Below are positions 29,118-39,068 of a stretch of 64,000 nt of DNA, in pieces. Location: the NCBI GenBank assembly GCA_964647565.1, contig CAZYIM010000006.1:25045-89044 (forward strand), in the 5' to 3' direction. The stretch's first letter is position 1. Every line of letters begins with the position of its first letter. Source of the DNA: an uncultured Methanosarcinales archaeon (lineage in GTDB: Archaea > Nanobdellota > Nanobdellia > Woesearchaeales > CAZYIM01). Position numbers and translations under genes: made by a program. The notes under the pieces are model-generated. The model was not told the DNA's origin. It did no database searches and saw only the letters and a list, made by a program, of their open reading frames with translations.

Positions 29118-30308
29118 ATGTCGAATTATTCACATTCTAGGATATCCACATATGAGACCTGCCCTTTACAGTTTAAGTTCCAGTATGTTGATAAAACTGA
29201 GGTTGAGATCGAGAACACTGTTGAGGCATTCCTTGGAAGCCTGGTGCATGATGTACTTGAGAAGCTGTACAAGGATCTGACCTTCCAGAAGATGAACACA
29301 TTGCAAGATCTGCTCGACCACTTCAACAAGCTCTGGGATGAGCAATGGACAGACAATATTTTAATTGTCAGGAAGGAATATACTATTGAAAACTGGAAGA
29401 AGATGGGCGAGAAGTATATCACAGATTATTATGAACATTACAAGCCATTTGACCAGCATAAGACAATCAAGCTAGAGACAGAGGAGTTTGTTGATCTGGA
29501 CGAATTTAAGTTCCATGTCAGGATCGATCGATTAGTCGATGCAGGAAACGGAGTCTATGAGATCCACGATTACAAGACAGCCAGGGACCTACCCTCTCAG
29601 GAAAAACTTGACCAGGACAGGCAGTTGGCATTATACTCATTATGGGTGTTCCAAAAGTACAAGGACGCCAAGAAAGTCATCTTGATCTGGCACTATCTGG
29701 CCTTTGACAAGGAAGTGAGTTCCCAAAGGAGCTCAGAGCAGCTCGAGCAATTGAAAAAAGAGACTCTTGAGACCATAAGGGAAATTGAGAAAGCAACTGA
29801 CTTTCCTGCAAAACAAAGCGCACTTTGCAGCTGGTGTGTCTTCAAGCAGCTATGTCCTAAATTCAAGCACCTCTTCAAGACTCAAGAACTGGAAGAAAAT
29901 GAATATCTTAATGATCCTGGTGTTAAGTTGGTCGATAAATACATAAAGGCGATGGATAAGAAAAAAGAGATCAATGACAAGATAGACATAATACTTGATA
30001 AGATCAAAGAAGCTATGTTTAGGCTGGGCAAAAAAGAAGGTGTCAGTGTACTCTATGGCACGGATCAGCGAGCAACTTTATGGAGCAAGAAAGTCTCTAA
30101 GTTTCCCCAGAAGAACACTCTCGAATATATCAAGCTTGTAAAGAAGCTTAAGGAATTGAAAAAATTCGATGAAGTGGCCCAGTTAGACAGCTTTGCGCTC
30201 AGCAAGATAGTGCAGGACAAGCGATGGACAGCAGATATCCTTAAAGAACTCGAGCCTTTTGAGACCAAAGAACAACTTGAAAGGATATATGCAGGAAAAA
30301 AGAAATAA
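29118..30308 (+). CDS. RecB/AddB/Cas4-like PD-(D/E)XK nuclease with putative Fe-S staple
   Basis: SHSRI..YETCP, GSLVH, RIDRL, HDYKT, QLALY, CSWC.....CP. Confidence 0.88.
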   Translation: MSNYSHSRISTYETCPLQFKFQYVDKTEVEIENTVEAFLGSLVHDVLEKLYKDLTFQKMNTLQDLLDHFNKLWDEQWTDNILIVRKEYTIENWKKMGEKYITDYYEHYKPFDQHKTIKLETEEFVDLDEFKFHVRIDRLVDAGNGVYEIHDYKTARDLPSQEKLDQDRQLALYSLWVFQKYKDAKKVILIWHYLAFDKEVSSQRSSEQLEQLKKETLETIREIEKATDFPAKQSALCSWCVFKQLCPKFKHLFKTQELEENEYLNDPGVKLVDKYIKAMDKKKEINDKIDIILDKIKEAMFRLGKKEGVSVLYGTDQRATLWSKKVSKFPQKNTLEYIKLVKKLKELKKFDEVAQLDSFALSKIVQDKRWTADILKELEPFETKEQLERIYAGKKK

Positions 30309-30326
30309 ACCAGAGGTTTACAAAAC

Positions 30327-30629
30327 ATGCCAGCAGCACAATACAAGCAAAAATGTATAAGGTGCAGGAAGAATTATGTCCTGGTCACCTGGAGATCCAA
30401 GAACAGGATATGTTATGAATGCCTGAAGAAAGAAATGCAAGGGGAGATCAAGGATCCTAAGATGAAAAAACTCTTTGACCTGCCAGAGCAATATTATATG
30501 GACGTTCCTTTCTTATGCAGCATAAGAATCAACTATCTTAGATATGGCAACCTGACTGAAAGACAGATCGAGGCTTTCAAGGAAACAGTAAAGAAGTATA
30601 AAGAAAAGAAAGCAGGTAACAAAATATAA
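30327..30629 (+). CDS. small zinc-ribbon protein
   Basis: CIRC...CYEC; C-terminal LTERQ. Confidence 0.7.
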   Translation: MPAAQYKQKCIRCRKNYVLVTWRSKNRICYECLKKEMQGEIKDPKMKKLFDLPEQYYMDVPFLCSIRINYLRYGNLTERQIEAFKETVKKYKEKKAGNKI

Positions 30630-30654
30630 AAAGCAGGGCATATCTATATAATAT

Positions 30655-30858
30655 ATGTCTAAAGATATTGATATTCTTCATACAGCTTTGTTCATGATAT
30701 TTCTAGATGTAGTTGCTATAGTTATCTATTATCACATCCTTAAATTTGGCTTAGAGGAACTTTCAATACTGGCCATTGTTGTGGCAGTGATGATCTTAGT
30801 AATATTTCTGATATTCAATGTCCACCTTTATGATCGTATGAAGCGGATCAGTCAATAG
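30655..30858 (+). CDS. small two-helix membrane protein
   Basis: Two hydrophobic segments. Confidence 0.55.
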   Translation: MSKDIDILHTALFMIFLDVVAIVIYYHILKFGLEELSILAIVVAVMILVIFLIFNVHLYDRMKRISQ

Positions 30859-32401
30859 AGCTCAATCTATAGAACCTGTATTTTTTAGCTGTTGCCAACA
30901 GCTTGAATTCATAATGGCTTTTCAGATGTTTTTCTATCTTTGCAGATGTTTCGGGCTGTGCATGCCAAGGTATATCCATATAAAGATATAACGATTCAGG
31001 TGCATATCCCTTTTCATGTAAAAGATCGAATTTATGGGGGGTCATAGCTCTCCTATGGGTTGTTGAGATAATGATAGCAGGATTGTAGGCAATTACAACA
31101 GCCTCCTCAGGGAGCTGGCCTCGTATCTTGACCAATAGCCAGTGTTCAGCTGTGAATTGGCTGGCTGTAAATATGAAATTAAAAGTTGGTATCACACTGA
31201 TCAGTAAAAATATTGCTATGGCAATAGAGAGCATCCACTTTTTCAACTTGATTATCTTCAATAGATACCGGCAACCTGCCCCCGCAATTAAAATCAGGGG
31301 GATATATAATACTAAGCTATATCTAACTGTGTCAGCAGGTTTTCCAATCAAGCTGCCGATGCTGTAACTCGAGTATAGAATAAGGAAAAAGAAGAAAAAT
31401 ATGAATAATGAACTTAATAATTTCTTATTGGTCTGGAAAAGATTCTTTGCACCAATAATAAAAAGAATTGTCAAAGTAATCGGAGTGTATATATAATAGA
31501 AGAAAAACAAAAGATTGTGTCCTAGTTGGTTACTTAGGTAACCCAGTCTTTCTGGTAAAGGATCGTTCCATCCTGGAGAGTGCACTATCTCTTTAGTATA
31601 ATACAGGGTCAGGATCGATGGGATAATTAATATTAATAAAACAAGGGTAAGCAGGATATGCTTAAAGTTCAACAACCTTATACGCTTGGGTTTACAAAGC
31701 AATATATAGATAAAAAAACAAGGGATGAATAAGAGGTTCTCAGGTCTGATATAGCTCAGATATAGTAAAGAGGTAAGGAACAACAGCAGACTTTTCAGTT
31801 GTCTAGAGCTGAAATAATATTCAAGGAACAAGAAAGTTAATAAGAAAAAAAATATTGAGAATATTCCAGTGGATGTTGTACCTGAGAATTTCAGATGTAC
31901 CGGAAGCACGGCTAACATCAGGCTACCAATTAGTGCTGAATTTGTATCCTTTAATAAAAGGTACAACAATAAGAATATCAACAAGATAGACAGGCTTCCT
32001 ATCACCGCATTGGTCATGAAAGCTGTATTCTCTGAGTCTCCAAATACTCCTAAAGTCATGCTCAAAACAGTATGATATCCTGGTGGCCAGGGTGTCAATG
32101 AACAACTGTTGCAATCTATATTCGAACCATCCAGACATCCACAGGCACTACCTGAGTAAAGTATATTCTGGGCAATGTTGATGTGTTCAAACTCATCGAA
32201 ATATATATGGTGGGTGTGAGGAATTACAAATATTCTTAACAACAAGGCAAAAAGGAATATGAAAAATAGCAGGATCCATGTGTTCTTGGTTATTTTCTTA
32301 AAAGGCTTAATCAGAATCTTGAAGTTGAGCACTATAAGCAGTGCTATTATTATTAGAATTACTCTCATGAAGACCGGATAAAACCCAATTAGGAAGTCCA
32401 C
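30848..32401 (-). CDS. GT-C fold glycosyltransferase (PMT/ArnT-like)
   Basis: Multi-pass membrane protein; YFDE loop, WPPGY, RPEN, RY motifs. Confidence 0.8.
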   Translation of the reverse strand: MDFLIGFYPVFMRVILIIIALLIVLNFKILIKPFKKITKNTWILLFFIFLFALLLRIFVIPHTHHIYFDEFEHINIAQNILYSGSACGCLDGSNIDCNSCSLTPWPPGYHTVLSMTLGVFGDSENTAFMTNAVIGSLSILLIFLLLYLLLKDTNSALIGSLMLAVLPVHLKFSGTTSTGIFSIFFFLLTFLFLEYYFSSRQLKSLLLFLTSLLYLSYIRPENLLFIPCFFIYILLCKPKRIRLLNFKHILLTLVLLILIIPSILTLYYTKEIVHSPGWNDPLPERLGYLSNQLGHNLLFFFYYIYTPITLTILFIIGAKNLFQTNKKLLSSLFIFFFFFLILYSSYSIGSLIGKPADTVRYSLVLYIPLILIAGAGCRYLLKIIKLKKWMLSIAIAIFLLISVIPTFNFIFTASQFTAEHWLLVKIRGQLPEEAVVIAYNPAIIISTTHRRAMTPHKFDLLHEKGYAPESLYLYMDIPWHAQPETSAKIEKHLKSHYEFKLLATAKKYRFYRLSSID

Positions 32402-32495
32402 AAAGGATTTAGTCTCTCTGACTATAAAAATGTTACTTCAATAATAAAAAAACTTAAAAGATACAATAGGTTAACCATTTCTAAATAGTAAAAAA

Positions 32496-33449
32496 ATGAC
32501 CAACATATATTATCCGCATTCCCAGACAGTATGTCATCACACATATAACAGAGGAGGCTGCTATTTTTGCGGTTTTAGATTGCAGAAAAGAAGTCTGTCT
32601 AAAGAGCCTGTTACAGACAAAGAGCAGATCAAGCACTTCAACCGGTTTGTCACAGATAAGAAAAACAGGGAAGACATTGAAAAAAAAGGCAGGCTTGTGA
32701 TTGCACCTAATGGGAGCTGGTTTGTTCAAGTACCATTTAAGTTAAGGGAACAGGTCTATGAATTTATTGAGAAGAAAGGTGTGCCTCTGCTACAATACGA
32801 AACTAGGGCAACCTTGTTCAATGATGTGAAAGCTGCCAAAGAATTTGAGATCATGTATAGTGGTCTCATCAGGACTGAGGCAGTACCAGAGATGGCTAAT
32901 AAATCATTAATGTATCTGGTTGAATCAAGGCAAGAGATTGATAAGAATCATGTGGTTGCTTTTGGACTGGAAGTTGCTAACAATAGAGATCTTAGGAAAT
33001 TGAACAAGGGATGTGAACTCGATGATTATATCCATGCCGCAAATCACATTCATGGAAGAGGTGCCAGGGCGTGTGCAAATATTCTGTTAAAGCCACCGCG
33101 TATTTTGAGAGCTGAAAGAAAAGCACTTCAGACAGCTAAATATGCAGCAGAGGTCCTGAAAGTTGAAGAAATACTGATACAACCCTGCATCCCAATGCTT
33201 GGCACTCCTGCCATCGAAGATTGGCGAGAAGGAAAATGGAACCCGATAAGTCCTTCAGCAGCCTCCCAGATTTACAGGGAGATAAAGGAAAAGTATCCCA
33301 ATATTATCTATCAATATATCGATCTTGGTACCAGGAATTTTTCAGGTAGGAAAGGCAAGTTCAAACGAGACCATCTTTGGACAGATGAAGAGAAAAACAA
33401 AGAAAGGGAAAGGGTTAAGAGGATTGCTAGAAGGGTGTTCAAGAAATGA
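32496..33449 (+). CDS. radical SAM protein related to archaeosine-synthesis RaSEA
   Basis: CX8CX2C (CHHTYNRGGCYFC), GLEVAN...NKG, LLKPP, W..G.W.P. Confidence 0.7.
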   Translation: MTNIYYPHSQTVCHHTYNRGGCYFCGFRLQKRSLSKEPVTDKEQIKHFNRFVTDKKNREDIEKKGRLVIAPNGSWFVQVPFKLREQVYEFIEKKGVPLLQYETRATLFNDVKAAKEFEIMYSGLIRTEAVPEMANKSLMYLVESRQEIDKNHVVAFGLEVANNRDLRKLNKGCELDDYIHAANHIHGRGARACANILLKPPRILRAERKALQTAKYAAEVLKVEEILIQPCIPMLGTPAIEDWREGKWNPISPSAASQIYREIKEKYPNIIYQYIDLGTRNFSGRKGKFKRDHLWTDEEKNKERERVKRIARRVFKK

Positions 33450-34006
33450 AACTCTTTAACGATCCATTCTATCATATCTGCATAAGTCTTGCGACATTCA
33501 GTAAGAGCGAAACTGAAAGATACGGCAGTTTCCTGATTGATAAGAACAGGTTCATCTATGGCATGGGATTCAACAGGGCCATCCACCACCCTAAGTTCCA
33601 CTTACAGAGGGTCATCAACATGGGTTATGCCAATCATGCTGAGATTGAGGCGATGGATCAGGGAATACGGCTGGGTGCTTCTCCTGATGACTGTGATATC
33701 TACGTTGCAGGTTATTTTCCCAAAGCACACAATGGTTTTAATGGAAAGAACAGGTTGCTGTTGAAAGATGATGCCTGGTTCACATGCGATAGATGCCCAC
33801 CTATAATGAAAAAGTGGGGGATAAACAAAGTATATGTGCCAACACTTAATGGATGGCAAGGCCTAACAATTGATGAATCGATGGAATGTGGAAAATCATT
33901 CTCCAAGGGTAAACATGAAAAGAGGATTGCGGCTGTCAGCACAGAATATACCATCGATGTGCTAGCTGGCAAGTTGTTTACAAAAGAAGAACTGGGGGTA
34001 AAATGA
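33446..34006 (+). CDS. zinc-dependent nucleoside/nucleotide deaminase
   Basis: HAEIEA and TCDRC motifs; ATGA overlap with upstream gene. Confidence 0.8.
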   Translation: MKLFNDPFYHICISLATFSKSETERYGSFLIDKNRFIYGMGFNRAIHHPKFHLQRVINMGYANHAEIEAMDQGIRLGASPDDCDIYVAGYFPKAHNGFNGKNRLLLKDDAWFTCDRCPPIMKKWGINKVYVPTLNGWQGLTIDESMECGKSFSKGKHEKRIAAVSTEYTIDVLAGKLFTKEELGVK

Positions 34007-34551
34007 TTACACAAATAGATCCTGGGATTATTCAGTACAACAAGAAGATACAGGAATGGTGCAAGCTGCCCTATCCCAAACACCCCAATGGTTGTCCTAA
34101 TTATGGATCTGAAAGATCTTTAAGAGGTATAAGAAAAGATCTACAGGAAAGAGTGATAAGGGAGTGCCCTCCTGTTGACCGACTAATAGATGATATTTTT
34201 GATTTCACTCAAAATGTAGCTATTATATACAAGACATATCCTGTTGGCCTGGATGCCGAAAAAAGAAGGATTTCCAATCCAAAACTCAAGACACCCGGCG
34301 ATTGGTATAACTTCAGGTATTGGCAGGACAGGGCCCGAAAAGAACTTTATGCAGAGGTGGCAAATTATTTAGATAGGGACGAAAGTACCATTGTTGATCT
34401 CTGCCCAGAAGCGCATGGCGTTAATCTTGTCAAACTTATGAGACAGGTTTGTGTCAAGTTGGATTTTGGGAAGTGGCCCCCCGAACATAATCTAGACAAT
34501 ATCGAGTACCAGATTGCTATGGGCGGATATGCTCCAAAGAAAAAGAACTAA
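34003..34551 (+). CDS. Cys-rich putative metal-binding protein (DUF2284-like)
   Basis: C...GCPNYG...CPP...PEAHGVN; ATGA overlap. Confidence 0.65.
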   Translation: MITQIDPGIIQYNKKIQEWCKLPYPKHPNGCPNYGSERSLRGIRKDLQERVIRECPPVDRLIDDIFDFTQNVAIIYKTYPVGLDAEKRRISNPKLKTPGDWYNFRYWQDRARKELYAEVANYLDRDESTIVDLCPEAHGVNLVKLMRQVCVKLDFGKWPPEHNLDNIEYQIAMGGYAPKKKN

Positions 34552-34590
34552 TAAATAGATTTATAAAAAAGTTTCTTCAGAAAGTTCTAT

Positions 34591-35844
34591 ATGGGCTTTT
34601 TTAAGAAAGGCGAATGGAAACTTTTTGGCAAGATCTATTCTGCGATGTTCTTTGGCATTGCAATGCCCGATATTGACATTCTCTTGATGCTGTTTTTCTT
34701 TGCCAAGGGTTTTTCTGCAACGCAAGTTGGTATTGGTTTTGGCTTACTCTCTTTGTTTGTCATCATTTCTGAAGTTCCTACAGGAGCAATTGCAGACCTT
34801 TACGGAAAAAAAGTTTCGATTCAGATCCATTGGCTTGTCCACGGCATCTCCACTATCATGTTCTTCTTTGTGACAGAACCCTGGCATATGTGGATACTGT
34901 TTTCGATCTGGGGCATATCCCAAACATTTGCGTCAGGGGCATTAGATGCCTTACCTGTTGATATCGCTTCGGAGGCCAAGAGAAAGGATCTGATCAAGGA
35001 ATTCTACTCCAAGATGTTTATTGTTTGCAGACTTGCCATGTCAGTCAGCTACTTTCTGAGCCTGGGATTCCTTTTATTGGTGGGCTCAACAAATACATAT
35101 CAGTTCCTTGGGGAAAGACAAGGACTTGATTTCCTCTGGTTCACAACAGCCTCAGGTTATTTGGTAGCTTTCTTCATTATATTAAGACTGAAGGAAAAAG
35201 TAAAAAAGAAAGCATTCAGTCTCAAAAAAAGTTTCAAAGAAACCTACAAGCAAAGTATTGAAGGTATAAAATACTCAAAAAAACATCCTGTGATAAGAAA
35301 ATTGTTCCTTGCAAGTTTCTTTATGGTTATTGCACAATTGTTTTTTAGTGATATTGTATTTCAACCGTTTTTAATTGATATAGGATTCAAGGCTGAGAAT
35401 ATCGCCATGCTTATTGCGTTTGCTTCAATCCTGGGTGCAGTCTTCAGCTATATTGCAAATCACATGGAGAAAAGATTCAGGACAGAAAAACATTTTCTAC
35501 AGGCAGTAATATTAACCGAGATTTTAATGCTGATATTATTGTTCTTTTTCACAGGTCCAATATTCAGTATAGTATTCTTCTTTATATATTATAATCTAAA
35601 AGATTTAAGATTACCTCTCTGGTCATCTTTCAGCCAACTATTTTATAAAAATGAACTAAGAGCAACCATAGGATCTGTGGGCAGTATTTTTAATCATTTA
35701 GGTAATGTTATTTTCATCCCGTTGATTGGCTTCTTAGTAGACAATATAGGTGCCAAATCAACAACAGTCATAGGAATATTGCCATTCTTTATAGTATTCT
35801 TTGTCCTCAGATCTATTAGACATGAAAAACGTATAGAACATTAA
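34591..35844 (+). CDS. MFS transporter
   Basis: About 12 transmembrane helices; EVPTGAIADLYGKK, SGALDA, RAT..S. Confidence 0.9.
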   Translation: MGFFKKGEWKLFGKIYSAMFFGIAMPDIDILLMLFFFAKGFSATQVGIGFGLLSLFVIISEVPTGAIADLYGKKVSIQIHWLVHGISTIMFFFVTEPWHMWILFSIWGISQTFASGALDALPVDIASEAKRKDLIKEFYSKMFIVCRLAMSVSYFLSLGFLLLVGSTNTYQFLGERQGLDFLWFTTASGYLVAFFIILRLKEKVKKKAFSLKKSFKETYKQSIEGIKYSKKHPVIRKLFLASFFMVIAQLFFSDIVFQPFLIDIGFKAENIAMLIAFASILGAVFSYIANHMEKRFRTEKHFLQAVILTEILMLILLFFFTGPIFSIVFFFIYYNLKDLRLPLWSSFSQLFYKNELRATIGSVGSIFNHLGNVIFIPLIGFLVDNIGAKSTTVIGILPFFIVFFVLRSIRHEKRIEH

Positions 35845-35886
35845 CCTGTAATAAAATTTTTAAACAGTTTGTGATTCTATCTACTT

Positions 35887-36861
35887 ATGATAGTACTAGG
35901 CATTGAATCAACAGCACACACATTCGGAGTGAGTGTCATCGATAATAAAAAGGTCTTATCTAATCATAAGGATTCCTACTCGACTATGAAAGGAGGTATG
36001 ATACCTGCGAAAGTTGCGGATCATCACATAGAGGTTTGTTCTGATGTTGTTAAGAAAGCTCTTGAGATTGCCGGGAAATCGATTAAAGATGTTGAATTGA
36101 TCGCTTATTCAAGATCACCAGGCGTCGGCCATAGTCTAAGAGTGGGTGCGTTTGCTGCCAGAACATTATCTTTACTTCATGATATTCCTCTTATGGGTGT
36201 CAACCATTGTATTGCGCATTTAGAGATAGGCAATATGTTGACTGGCTGTAAAGATCCTGTGTTGTTATATGCTTCTGGAGCCAATACACAAGTCATTGCC
36301 TTTGATGCTCATAAATATCGGGTTTTTGGAGAAACCCTGGATGTTGGTATAGGTAATTTTCTAGACACTTTTGGAAGAGATATGGGCCTTGGCTTTCCTG
36401 CTGGGCCTGCAATTGATAAGTTGGCAAAGGAAGGGAAGACATACATCAATTTACCTTACTCTGTGAAGGGGATGGATGTAAGCTTTGCAGGAATGAGAAC
36501 CAACCTAAAACAGAAGATCGAAAAATTCAGTAAAGAGGATCTGTGCTATTCAGTACAAGAAACTGTGTTTGCAATGTTGCTAGAGGTCAGTGAGAGGGCG
36601 ATGGCACACTGCGATAAGAATGAGTTGCTGCTGGGCGGAGGAGTGGCTTGCAATTCCCGGTTGAAGGAGATGGCCCAGATTATGTGTGAAGAGAGGGGTA
36701 GTAAGTGTTTTATTCCTGAAAATCAGTTTTTGGTTGATAATGCTGCCATGATAGCCTGGACAGGATTGGTGATGTATAATTCGGGTATAAGGATGAAACT
36801 AGAGGACTCAGATATAGATCCTTATGAACGGACTGATGATGTAGACGTTAGTTGGCGATGA
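35887..36861 (+). CDS. kae1: tRNA N6-threonylcarbamoyladenosine synthase Kae1 (KEOPS)
   Basis: GIESTAHTFG, VNHCIAHLE, SGANTQ, GETLD.GIGN, LPYSVKGMD, DNAAMIA. Confidence 0.97.
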   Translation: MIVLGIESTAHTFGVSVIDNKKVLSNHKDSYSTMKGGMIPAKVADHHIEVCSDVVKKALEIAGKSIKDVELIAYSRSPGVGHSLRVGAFAARTLSLLHDIPLMGVNHCIAHLEIGNMLTGCKDPVLLYASGANTQVIAFDAHKYRVFGETLDVGIGNFLDTFGRDMGLGFPAGPAIDKLAKEGKTYINLPYSVKGMDVSFAGMRTNLKQKIEKFSKEDLCYSVQETVFAMLLEVSERAMAHCDKNELLLGGGVACNSRLKEMAQIMCEERGSKCFIPENQFLVDNAAMIAWTGLVMYNSGIRMKLEDSDIDPYERTDDVDVSWR

Positions 36862-36887
36862 GGTGTTAAGTAGATAATTCTTATTTT

Positions 36888-37023
36888 AAAAATAACAGCA
36901 GCAATGGCACGGACGCGCTTTATGTAAAAGCGCTCTTTCAAATCCTTTGGATTTGTAAGCCTTCACCTTCCTTCGGAAGCTGAAGTATTCGCCTTCGGCT
37001 CACCCAACCATGCTGTTATTTTT
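36888..37023. repeat. structured palindromic intergenic element, family A copy 2
   Basis: Perfect 13-bp terminal inverted repeat AAAAATAACAGCA/TGCTGTTATTTTT; four internal hairpins; TGGCACGGACG core. Confidence 0.78.
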
Positions 37024-37042
37024 CCTGGCCGTATTGTGATTT

Positions 37043-37396
37043 TTAGCCTGTTAAGTCCATTATCAAGAAAGGAGTCTTTATCTTTGGTGTTTTTGTACGA
37101 CCATTCTTTTCAAGGTTTATTATATCTAATCGTTCAAGTATCTTTATGTCTCTGTCTACTGCCTGCTTGGTCCTGCCTGTCATCTTGGCCATCACCACTA
37201 TCGAAGGCGGTTTCTCTTTTCTGATCAGATCTATTAATTCCAATCTTTTAGTCGTAAAGAATTCTTTAAAGTCGTCATTATCTATGATCAATGAATTATT
37301 AGGTAGGTCAATTGTTTCATTAATCGTTGCATCTACAAGGGCCATTATCTGCTGAAGTTTTCTTTCTCTTTTCTGTTTTGAAAGTCCTTTTTTCAT
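37043..37396 (-). CDS. winged-helix DNA-binding protein, putative antitoxin (HVO_A0114-like)
   Basis: FTTKRLELI..IR...P.SI..MA..TGR...AVDRDIKILE. Confidence 0.7.
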   Translation of the reverse strand: MKKGLSKQKRERKLQQIMALVDATINETIDLPNNSLIIDNDDFKEFFTTKRLELIDLIRKEKPPSIVVMAKMTGRTKQAVDRDIKILERLDIINLEKNGRTKTPKIKTPFLIMDLTG

Positions 37397-37397
37397 T

Positions 37398-37715
37398 TTA
37401 TTTTCTTAATGATGTTTTATAAAACTCTTTGTATTGTTTAAATTCTGATAGGATCTTATTGGTATATTTGAATACCAATAATTTTATTGGTAAATGCTCG
37501 TCATGTCTTATCGGAATTGGTTTTTTAGTCCTCCATAGCATCTGTTCATGTAAAAAACCATGGTAATTATCAACTCTATATATTTGTTTGAAGTTACCAT
37601 CAATCAAACTTCGATAGTTCAATGCAAATTTGAACATTTGGTTATTTTGCCAAATAATTATTATATCGAGTAGGTCATCACGTTCAATGGTGATCGTGTA
37701 TTTTACTCGTTTCAT
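37398..37715 (-). CDS. putative toxin partner (R.DN.HG..H motif, DUF6516-like)
   Basis: IYRVDNYHGFLHE; lies 1 nt upstream of the HTH gene. Confidence 0.55.
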   Translation of the reverse strand: MKRVKYTITIERDDLLDIIIIWQNNQMFKFALNYRSLIDGNFKQIYRVDNYHGFLHEQMLWRTKKPIPIRHDEHLPIKLLVFKYTNKILSEFKQYKEFYKTSLRK

Positions 37716-37854
37716 TCTTCACAAGCATCACCATCCTAATCTAACAGTAAACATAAAATGATGACGTTTTATATAAATTTATCGTTTTTAAGAGTTTGAA
37801 TTTAAAGCTTAAATAAAGTTATCATAGAATGATCGGAAAGATTCCGGAGAAAAG

Positions 37855-38808
37855 TTATGGTAGGCTATTTATTGTTAATTCTTCCTCTACAAATAAATAT
37901 TCGAAGTTTTTTAGCTTGACTTCCGACTTTATATTATCTATCAGTTCTAAGAGTTCCTTTGCACTTTTGAACTCCGCCTCAAACTCAAGATCATACTTGC
38001 CGTATGCCTCTGTAATATAGATCACACTCGGCATCTCTTTTAGTAAATTGACCAATGCATATTTATTATTATAATCCATAAGTTGAATCAAGACCTTATA
38101 ATGATCATAGCCTAATTCAGATACGCCCACTTCTGCCCGGAACCCAAGAATTACTTTTTGTTTTTGAAGAGCCTCTAATCTATACTTGATTGCATTTACA
38201 GAAACATCAAGTTTATTTGCCAAGTTGGTTAAAGACATCCGGCCGTCTTCGAATAAAAGCATTATCATCTTTCTTGAAATTGGATCAAGTTCAAAGTTGT
38301 TCTTATTCTTGCCAACAACATAGTTCACATGGTGTGTGTTGATGGTCGGGAAAAGGTAATTATGAGGTAAGTGATGGATGTTTTTCAACATGTTAAAGCT
38401 TAGTTCATCAATGTATGTGCTATATTTTTTCATCAAAAGATCATATGTGTTAAAGAAGTCTTGGGATTCCTTGGCAGCAATGATTAAGGAAAGATCCCAT
38501 CTGCCTGCGAACTTGACAATCCAGACCACCGAAGGGATTTTCCTTATATCTTGTATGAATTCTTCTTTTTCCTGATCTGTTATTGACTTGAAGCTTAACA
38601 ATATCCTGTAGTTGGTGCAACCAAGGGCTGTTTCATCAATTATAGGGATTATTTGTTTGAGATAGCCTTCTTTTTTTAATCGTTCTAGACGGTAGTGCAG
38701 TACTTCCTTGGATACGCCTATTCGTTTTGCTAAGGAAATCTTACTTGCTCTGCCGTCTGTGAAGAGTTCTAGTAGTAATTTCTTATCTTTAACGTCTAAT
38801 TTTAACAT
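37855..38808 (-). CDS. tandem-duplicated Lrp/AsnC family regulator
   Basis: Two HTH+RAM units (LD..D.K...L..DGR...LA...GVS; G.WDL / GKYDL). Confidence 0.9.
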   Translation of the reverse strand: MLKLDVKDKKLLLELFTDGRASKISLAKRIGVSKEVLHYRLERLKKEGYLKQIIPIIDETALGCTNYRILLSFKSITDQEKEEFIQDIRKIPSVVWIVKFAGRWDLSLIIAAKESQDFFNTYDLLMKKYSTYIDELSFNMLKNIHHLPHNYLFPTINTHHVNYVVGKNKNNFELDPISRKMIMLLFEDGRMSLTNLANKLDVSVNAIKYRLEALQKQKVILGFRAEVGVSELGYDHYKVLIQLMDYNNKYALVNLLKEMPSVIYITEAYGKYDLEFEAEFKSAKELLELIDNIKSEVKLKNFEYLFVEEELTINSLP

Positions 38809-38809
38809 T

Positions 38810-38839
38810 TTTGAAGTAAAAATAAGTAATTACTTCAAA
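38810..38839. promoter_or_regulatory. putative operator, inverted repeat TTTGAAGTAA-N10-TTACTTCAAA
   Basis: Perfect 10-bp arms between the TATA-like box and the Lrp/AsnC start codon. Confidence 0.55.
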
Positions 38840-38898
38840 TATATAAATTTTTCGATAAAAAGTTTTATATATTAGTTTTCATTTTATAGTAGTAACTT

Positions 38899-39064
38899 GT
38901 TCGACCGAACCGGTTGTGGGCTTCCTTACTAGAGGGAGTATAAGGGGCTCTTACCCGAGGGCCCCTTTATTTTTTCATGCTTACAACGGCCTCCCCCACT
39001 ATAACCTCTTATCTCGGTTTGCCACCGGTGGGAGGCCGATCCTTATCCAATAAAACCGAGGTGA
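38899..39064 (+). ncRNA. putative structured 5' leader RNA with terminator-like hairpin and RBS-covering pseudoknot
   Basis: GC-rich island: stems 38913-21/38979-87, 38942-52/38957-67 followed by a T-rich run, 38987-95/39030-38; loop segment 39011-20 complementary to 39053-62. Confidence 0.5.
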
Positions 39065-39068
39065 AAAA

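Noticed and set aside
29118..30308. Cas4-like nuclease as evidence of CRISPR-Cas
   Set aside because: No cas1/cas2 or array nearby; solo RecB/Cas4-like nucleases are common in archaea.
38899..38975. tRNA suggested by GTTCGA
   Set aside because: The motif is at the 5' end of the structured region and no cloverleaf, acceptor stem or anticodon arm can be built.
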